Source: Balanoglossus misakiensis (lineage: Eukaryota > Animalia > Hemichordata). From it: a stretch of DNA of 64,000 nt. The position numbers and the translations under genes were made by a program. The stretch lies in contig CM082587.2 in the NCBI GenBank assembly GCA_040954595.2, positions 8,437,403-8,501,402 on the forward strand, written 5' to 3'. The first letter of the stretch is position 1. Every line of letters starts with the position of its first letter. The notes beneath the pieces are model-generated. The model was not told where the DNA came from. It worked only from the letters and a program-made list of their open reading frames with translations, and made no database searches. This document shows positions 55,055-64,000 of the stretch, in pieces.

Positions 55055-55458
55055 GTCAACCAACATTTGTTTATCATATCAATCAGTAGCATCAAACAAA
55101 CATACACACAACAAACATAGAGAGAGAGAGAGCTCCCTATGCTCTCGCCGCATAATGTTTTGGTACAGATAAATGAATGAACCCTGGCTCTAGGATGTTT
55201 TCTTTGTCCGCGAACGAGGTCAGCTATAACTCGACTAAACTTTCAATAATATAAACTTAGGTGGTCTAATCCCTTACCTTCGCAAAGTGCGTACTATGAG
55301 ATTACAGAGTTAAATATAAAACATGTTCATACTCGAAGCAAATATCCAACAAATATTATACTACTGCGGGCAGACGAAGCACGGGAAGGACTCTGGAACT
55401 GAGTTGGATCAACTTTGACTTTTCCACAAAACAATAAAGCTAGGGTGTCAGATTAAAC

Positions 55459-58400
55459 ATGGCCGACTTACAAGGAAGGACGATTGTTTATGAGGTGAGT
55501 TGTGGTGTTGTCCACGATCACGACTCACCACCACGATCGTTTGTCCGGTCAAATTATTGACGCATATTCTGTATAATCTCTGATTAGACTGGTTTTAAAA
55601 TCTTTTATTTGTCTACCTAGACACATGTTATTTTACAATTCTGCGATCAGCTGTTATTTATTATTTACTCATTACTGAACTGAATAAGTCGGACTACATG
55701 ATAGTCAACAGATTTGATTCGTAATAGTTCAGTGGATGCAAGGACAGTTCAAGGACCCGCAAACAGAAGCAATATAAGAGACTAATAATCATTGCATTCT
55801 TGTCCGTTATTTGCTGACAGGGTTGGTTGGAAAAGAGCAACATTTCCAACACTGATGGAAAATCGAAAGGAAAATTGCTCCAAAGGAAAAAGTCTGGCTC
55901 TTGGAAAAAGTTTTACTTTATTCTAGGCAAGCAACACGACGGCCCAAAAGAATACAGTATATTGTTGTATTTTGATAAAAAGCCACCTTCTGTCGAAGAT
56001 ACAAAGTCACGTAAAGGCAAGTTTTGCACACATTACTGTGGAAATGGCATCTTTTGATAGAGCTCTCCTATGCCTTCATGTTCAACTTAGTAGTGTATAT
56101 ATATTTCTATATTTCTCTTTTACTTGGAATGTTGGGGGGGGGGGGGGGGGTCATGATTTCTTTTGGTAAAATAAAGCCAGCCCAGTGGTAGTTATTGGAA
56201 GGGAAGGGGGGGTGACATACCCAATGCTTTATCTCATTTCTGGTAGGGCATGGGAAAGGGGCGTGTCTTTTTTCCTTCTGTTGCCATGGATATGTGGGAG
56301 TGGCTGTAACGTATCATATGCTTTATTTTACTTTGAAATGATGAATATTTCACTATCACAGGCAGCAGCTTAGAAAAATAAAAACAGGGGAAAGACCTAG
56401 TACTTCGTCTTTTGGTGTTCACATAGATGAGGATTAGAGAGCTGACCATAATTAAATCAAAACAAATGAGAACTCGATAAAATTGGTTACAAAATTATGC
56501 AAATTTTTCAAAACCTTTGGAAGTATGCAATAGAAATATATTGTTGTATGACATTTCCCTGGGAGGGAGAATATATCATATCCACGTCGCGGTCACAATC
56601 AAACTGACTGACTCAGTCTCTTCTGATCTCTATTGTACAACAGGTGTGACAAAACTTTGGCCACATTACAAGATTGAGAAGAACTTAGTAGTGAAAGAAC
56701 GCAAACATGTTTTTGTGATAACAACTGACGTGGAGAAGTTCCAACTTCACGCTGACAGCCAGAATAGTATGGATTTATGGGTGTTCCATCTGCAGACACA
56801 AACAAAACTTAGAAATGACTTGCCAGGTATGGACGTTTTCATAATTCCAAATAAAGCGTGTGACATAATAATGTGTGATATTGAAAAGGTAGCATATATT
56901 TGAAGTTGATTGGATATGTTGAGTAATAGAGTTTCAAATTTTGCTACTGCAGTTGTGTGTCAGGAAATGTCACATTGTCTTGATAGTCTAAGAAAGAGCT
57001 TTGACCACAGATCCATCTGGACTGCTGTTATGTCATAAATTTTGTGCATAATGACATCTTATGTTTAAAAAGTGGAATTAAAGTCTCAGTAATATTCATA
57101 ATTCTGATTCAATAATTTTTGTTTTCAGAGAAAGTAAAATTTTCTGCAGTATGTCACACTTGAATGTACTTGAACCAATTCTAACAAAATGGCAGCTCAT
57201 TGTGCTTAGCACTATTTTTTTTGCAGGGTCATCATTTATTGTAAAGGCGAAAGAATCAAATGAACATAGAAGGATTGGAAGTCTTGGCAATAATTGTCTC
57301 TTGCATATCTCACCCTGGGGTTTAACATTAGCGTTGCAAGTAAGTCTGTCAATAATCATGTACTGACTTTCAACAAGATTCAGAATCAGAATTAGAATTA
57401 GAGAATTGCTAAGGAAATGATTTCTGGTTTCAAAAATTGAGTTTCAATCTTTGGATTCAGCGTTGAAAGAACATCAGAATGGATCACATAGATGATCTGT
57501 ATCCACAACCCTCCTTAAATACCAAGAAAATAAAGAAACAAATTATAAACATAAATAACATAAAGTGAAAAAAATCAAAACTATGTGATGTGATCTTGTT
57601 ACTGCCTAATAGGTTTAGTTGAACAAAGACAGTTATCGTTTGTCTGCAGTGAAGCTGATGTCCTCTAATCCCCACTTTCCCTCCATAGAGGTCCAAATTT
57701 GTCTTAGAAAACCATAGATTTTGACCCCCAAAATTTGGTGAAGAGTTACAGCTCTGTAAACTTCCTATGCTGAAATTTTAAATCATTCCTGGTTTAGTCT
57801 TTAAAATGCCTGGAAAAGTAAAATTACTCCTAGAAAGCCCTCAGTGTAAAGAGTATGAATCATTCCTTAACAAACTCTTTGTCTTGACATAGTTGCAATG
57901 TACACCTTTAACAAATGCCATATGAAGGATTCTTTGTCCATACAATTTAGAAAGACTTCGAAATTTGCTAAACTCAGAATTTTTGATATAAAGAGCTATA
58001 AACAGAGACTTGTCCATTTTAACAATGCTGGCAGATATGCTTGATACATTCTGTGGTTTGTTTCATGTCCTACAGAATTCAAGATCATTGGTCGGCCAGT
58101 GGCCACTGAAATGCATCCGTACATTTGAAAGTTCGGATGATGGCAGATTCTCATTTGAGGCCGGAAGAAATTCTCCAATGGGAGAGGGAGATTACGTTTT
58201 CATCACAAGACCAAATCAAGACAATGCTTTGTTTGATCTAATAGACAGTTATACAGAACAAGCAAATCATGAGCAGAGGGTAAGCATCACCTGTTATCGT
58301 ATTTCTTTTCAACAAACCATTGACTTTCAGCCAAGGACAAGGACAAGGCAAGGAGGAAGCAAATGATTTGGGTTTGTAGGGCCGATGCAAGTTGTGCAAT

Positions 58401-61400
58401 TTTCTTTTGTAAATTTGTGTTGCCAGGCATAATACTTGAACATGCCTCTTTAATATTGATACCCCTGTGATGTTATGTAAACATAGCTACCTATAAGGCT
58501 GATACTTGTCAACACCAGTCATTTTGTGTTTTGTTGATTGACTCAATGCTTTGCACACTTTGTCCGTCTACTTTTTCCTCATAGAAAAAAATAGTAAAAA
58601 GCAATGAAAAGTTGCATTATCGCCCCATTTTAGGGGGAAAAAACCATATGACCAGAAAAACTCTTTTTATAATTTTTTGACCATAGTACAGTAAGCCAGC
58701 AAAGGCAATCACAAGTGGCGTACTGATGCACTAGCACGAATTCTACAGGACTAAGACTTTTTTTACTTTACCTGTGGACTCGTGAATTTTCCAAACGGGT
58801 GACCAAAAGTGTTGTGATATCAAGCTTAACATACCATTACTCGTGCAATAACCTATACATAATAGATGCACATGTATTGTTACAAAAGAAAATAAAGAGC
58901 AACTTGCTACTCAACGGTGACCAGAAAGCACCTTCCGCCGTGACCATGTTTCATGGATGATGAACAATTGTTATAGTTGCTCAAATGTTGTCATGTGGGA
59001 TTGTTTTCAGATACTGCAAGATTTTATTCCAAATCAGTAATCCAAAACTTTTGTTGTTGTCAATTCTCAGATTTCTGCATCAAGCAGGAGTGATGAACGA
59101 ACACAAGCTGATGATGTCAATGAAGAATACGACCGACTTCGACTTGCTACTTTTGGATTGTTACCTTCACAGAGAGGTGAGTTACAATTGATACAACGTG
59201 AGTAATATTGCAATCACAAGGCCTACAGGTACATGGTTTGCTTGAGTTTTCTGTAGGGACAAAAACCAGGTGAATTACTTTATAAATTTACTTTGTTATA
59301 AAGAACAAACTATTCTGACATGTCAAAACTTGATGCAAATGATAAACTGCTCTTTTGATGCCTTGAGTCAAGTGTTATGTATTTGATAGTCATGTTTGAT
59401 AAACAGAGCTGAAATGTTGATGTGTAGAAATATATGAGGTAGAGTTACACTTACTACCGGTATGTCTATGTTTGTTGGAATCAGTGTATGAATAGTATAG
59501 CCTGGTTCAAACTTTCAGTAATTACCCTTTCTCCATCATCATTATCTGATTTACATAAGACACTGACCTCCATTATGAGTATAAACTACCGGTGACATTG
59601 TGGTGGCGGTGTTCTTTGCTTGGTGGTGTTGCAAAGTATTAAGATCTGGGAAATAATGTACGCCCATATTTACATAGCCATATTACAGATAGGATGGCTG
59701 AAATCCAGACTTCAATTAGCATTATACCCAGCGATATCATGTGTAATTTTGGCATTTCATTTAAAAGTTTGGACTACCACCTGTTCCACTGTTATCAGAT
59801 CGTGCAATTGTTACACATCTCCTGATACTCAGTGAATAAAAGAAAAAAGACCGATGTAATAATAAATGAAACATATCTGATAAATGTCAAAATCTGGGAA
59901 CATACAATGTAGGTGTATAGCCTTGTAAAACTTGTAGAGTACCTCTATGTAAAATAGTCTGACCCAGACAATCGAGTCGTCTCCCATGGGATGTTTTGCA
60001 CAGCAACAGATAAATTGTCAAAAACTGAACTCCCTCACTACTATACAGGTAATCACTGAACAATATGTATTTAACCCTATTGCTACCGGGGGTCATATCT
60101 GGTTAGAGTGTCAAGTCCCTTAAAATACGTATTTGCCACTTTTTCTTCTGAAACGTATTTTGACTGTCTTGACATGGCTCTCATACGTACTTAGACACAC
60201 TTGGCAGTCTGAGCCCCCTGAAGAATGTACCAAATCGTACTGGTTTGTACTGTATTGGTCTGAGGGTCATGTATAGGCCCTACTGATTAACACACACTTG
60301 GCAGCCTAACGGGCCTGGGAGCCCGGATTCTAGGCACCCTGGAAATCAAACCAGTTCATACTGACTTGGCAGCGTTAGGGATGTGGCTATAAAACATTGC
60401 TGGGTATATTGGTAATTGGCCGTCTCTTTTCCAGCCATGGCAACTGATATTTCCCCAAACTTCATCGTCCCCTCGCCAACCAACATAACAAACCAACTTC
60501 ACCCATTTCCATTGCATTGCTTTAAAATAACAGCAGCCGCAGCAGCAGCCATTGTGTCATCCAGCATCCCGGTTGATGTGCCAAGATCATCACCACGACA
60601 ACGGCCTGGGTATAGGCATCAACTGAGCACAGGTACATGTACTGAAACTCTGCATGGCTCAAGATATGAAGAATCCATCTGTTATGTCCGCAAGAAGTTT
60701 GAGTGAGAGTGTAGATCTGCCAAGCAACCTATGGTTCATCATGTACAAGTCCATGTGGACAAACAATTATGCATAACAAAGAAAATCTCTTGTCTACAGA
60801 TAACAACCTTCTCATAAAATTACCATAACTTAGTTACATCTGACATATTCCTTTTGTTTTTCCTCTTCAGATGAGTCTGTTTCCGAGGAACAAGATGAAG
60901 GTGGATATATGAGGTGAGCCACATAGCTTCCATATTTTGAATGATCTCAGCAGAATATCTTTTAATCTTAGGTGGAAGGGTTCCAGAGGATATTCTCTTA
61001 AAATTGAGAATAAAACTTGTGGGTCACTGTGCAAAATTGATCAAAATTGTCTTAAGATTCAAAATGGCTGCCAATCTCTGTGTTTAAGTCCATGGAGAAA
61101 ATTTAAAGTAGCAATCATGAAAACGAGTCGGTAAACACCATGTTCTCTTCTTTGGTTTCAATAAGATTCCCAGGAGTCCCAGCACACATAATCGTAAAGT
61201 TTGAAGGAATATCATTTTAATGAAAACCTGTCCATTGGACGTGTACCACCTTAAATTGATAGTTTTAAATCTGTAGACATTATGTTTTCAGGTCATGGAT
61301 TGGTGTGACAGTTGGTTTTCATAACCTCTACAAATTAAAGGTATACGGTCACCTCGAATTTACATACGCCCATAGATGGCTGAAATGGCGTATTTGAGGG

Positions 61401-62886
61401 TTCTAAAGAACATATGGTGGCGCTCTTTTTTTCGAGTGTGCTACCCACTAAAAATCCGTGATTGGCTAGATCTCAAGTTTACCATGGTACCTGTAGCTAA
61501 ATTTCCATAGGTGACCGTATACCTTTAACTGAAATGTAACAACTAACTAATTCTAAAACCACTCATTTCAGACCATCTTCATCAGCATCAGGATCAGATT
61601 CAAGGAGGATACAGCGATCAATCTCCGAACAACCCACCCAGACACACCCTGAAAGACTTCCTCGCTCAAACTCTGATCTTCCTCCTTTGCATCATCACAA
61701 AGACGCAACGGGGACATACTTGGATATGTCACAGACAAACCTGAGTAGCATCAGTCGCGAAGAGGAACCGTTCTGGACGATGTCTGGAGAATTCAAATCA
61801 CCCGAGAATAACACGTCGCCTGAACCGACAATTAATGAGGCCGCAGATGAAACTGACAGCGCCCAACCATCTGCTGTGAAACAACGGAGATCTACCGGTG
61901 CTATACCAAAACAAAAACGTACATCAAGTCATCCATATGAGGATATGACCTCACCGGGTACTTCATATGAAAATGCGCTTTCACGTGGAATTAGTTACGA
62001 AAATGCGGGGTTAGTTAAAGGCAGTCCCGGTGTGGCGCTGGGAGCATATGAAAACCAAGCCTTTGTGAGTTCGCCGTCATCATTTACAAAAAGTCTTCCG
62101 AAAAGGTTTCAATTCAAAGAGAAAACAGATTCAGTGAATGGATCAAGGTCGTCAGGAGTTGTGTACTCTCAAGTTCAACACGGTGTCAGGAAGAATGGGG
62201 GAAAGCCACCACCTTACCTTGAACTTGAAGATGAGTTGACCTCAGATCAGCCGCTGACCTCACCGAGGTTAGTGCGATCTGCGTCCTATGACAACATCAT
62301 CGCTAAGATGTCTTTAAGTCCGGACGTCGTCGTGGCAACCGAGGGACCGCCACCGCTACCTGATTGGCTGCCAAACAGACGGTTGCCAGCGCCACCACCG
62401 GGGACTGTTAACTTAGATTGTACACACAGTTACTTAGACATTGACATCCAGGGCGGCAAGGCTGCAGTCGGTTCTGCAGCAGCAACACAGAGACCAAGGA
62501 AACACAAGTATGAACACATCGAGGGTGATTTCGAGTATGAAGTTATGCAGCGTAAAATGACCATGAGCCGATCGCAGTCAGATTCCAATCTCTTGGGTGA
62601 CTCTATACTTCCCCCGCCCGTTCCGAACACGCCACGCCCTTCTCTGAAAACGCAACAGAGTCAAGACAGAAACAGTGGTGGTTCCACGGCCGACAGTGCA
62701 GGATCCAGCCATGCTAAGGACAGGCCAGTGTCCGGCACCAGTGTTAGCAGCCAAGATGATCAGGCATCAGGTACAGCACCGGCCAGTTTGTCGAAAATAA
62801 AATCTCCCCTTGGTATGAAAATTAAGACATCAAAGAAAACAAAGACATTTACCAAAAGAAATGAGGAAATTGAAATAGTTCTATAA
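55459..62886 (+). CDS. DOK/IRS-family docking protein (PH + IRS-type PTB + Tyr-rich disordered tail), about 765-800 aa
   Basis: Exons 55459-55494, 55821-56016 (GWLEK..KKSGSWKKFYFIL..LLYFDKK, PH), 56644-56826 (SMDLWVFHL), 57227-57339, 58076-58279 (QWPLKCIRTF..FSFEAGRNSPMGEGDYVF, IRS-PTB), 59071-59176, 60435(or 60534)-60632, 60871-60913, 61572-62886. Phases are consistent if a GC donor is used at 56017. Confidence 0.85.
60071..60380. mobile_element. piggyBac-like MITE (TTAACCCT terminus); related fragment at 11370-11450
   Basis: ttaaccctattgctaccg...ctgacttggcagcgttaggg. The 3' part is the reverse complement of 11371-11448. A further CCCTTTCACC family occurs at about 21565-21650 and 34260-34349. 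Confidence 0.5.
60968..61254. mobile_element. Degenerate TTAA/AGG-terminated element
   Basis: ttaggtggaagggttcca... is an imperfect inverse of ...tggacgtgtaccaccttaa. Confidence 0.45.
61335..61528. mobile_element. MITE family B copy
   Basis: ttaaaggtatacggtcacct...aggtgaccgtatacctttaa; perfect TIRs with TTAA on both sides. Confidence 0.85.
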
Positions 62887-64000
62887 AAATTGAAAAATGA
62901 CTGTAAATATTATTGCACTAGATTTAAAATATTGTTTTTTATATTGATATATTGTAGTGTAAAAGCTACTTATTTTACTACATGTAAAACTTTAGGCATA
63001 ATGTTTGCATATCTGAAAAATACTGTAGTTCCAACATTCACAGGTCGACTCAAGAACAGACTGGTTATAGGTTTTGCTATACCATACATCTCAAGACTGT
63101 CACAGGAGAATACATAGGGTGTTACAGAGCAACACAATCTGTAACAAGCCAAGAAAATGTGTTTTATTATGTCTTTATAGTAAAGCAAAACATCTCTGTA
63201 TGAATCTCCTGTTATAGAAGTAGAATGCCGATACTCTCAGATACTGGATGTGAAAATTCCCCTAGATGCATATCTATTAATCAAAATATCTGCTGATAAA
63301 TGGCTGTCCCTACAACGTACTGAAATAGATTATCATGACATAATTGTATGCCAAACAATATATTTCAATCATCTACGTATCTGTTTACCTGTAAACATTT
63401 AATAAATGGACAATCTGACATTCATCCTTGTCAACTTTAGTCAATCACAGAAAGTATAAAGTATACTTGATAGATCAATTGCATAGAAATAGAATAGATA
63501 CATGTATATTGTATTGGGAATTTCATCATGTTTCAGGAAGTTGAACAAGAAACTGCTGTAGATACACAAAACGAAAAAATACTGAAAACAGAGAGAAAAT
63601 TTACAGCCAATGCTATGGGTTGTATTTTATTCTGACACTCTAAGAATGTATGTATGAGTAACAGGATTCAAATTATGTGTAAATGCTAACATTACACAGT
63701 TCTAAAAAGTTTTATGAAATATACACATTATTACAGATATAATGTGGTAGAGTTTGTATCAAATATATATTATTTTGTTATGCATGTAAGAAGTAAAACA
63801 AAATATACGTTAAACAGACTCTTAGCATCTGGATGTTGAAGACCTACATAGGCCTTCAAATTGCTCTGATGTTGAAAATTTTGAAAACAGCAACAACAAT
63901 AGTGTATTGTATTTTGTTAATGCTTTATATATTTATTTTAATATATACATTCTATAATTTTTGGATCAAATTTGCTTTACAGAAAATCATCATTGATAAT

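Overview
AT-rich, intron-dense animal genomic DNA. Gene structure and repeat content suggest a marine invertebrate, plausibly a deuterostome such as a hemichordate or echinoderm; this is inference only. I reconstructed seven protein-coding genes exon by exon, checking splice sites and phase: NCKAP1/Hem-2 (-, 5' half, runs off the left edge), a compact PHF13/PHF23-like PHD gene (-), ILVBL/HACL2 (-), ATG101 (+, head-to-head with ILVBL), an insulin-like peptide precursor with atypical cysteine spacing (-), SWT1 with an N-terminal WW domain (-), and a DOK/IRS-type PH-PTB docking protein (+). Introns carry many non-autonomous DNA transposons: TTAA-flanked Kolobok/T2-type MITEs, TA-flanked Tc1/mariner-type MITEs, a Harbinger-type MITE, a Helentron-type HINE, and a 205-bp element with inverted telomeric repeats and an 8-bp TSD. 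The most notable item is the insulin-family precursor: its A-chain is CC-x3-C-x14-C, and its C-domain holds an extra Cys pair between convertase sites.
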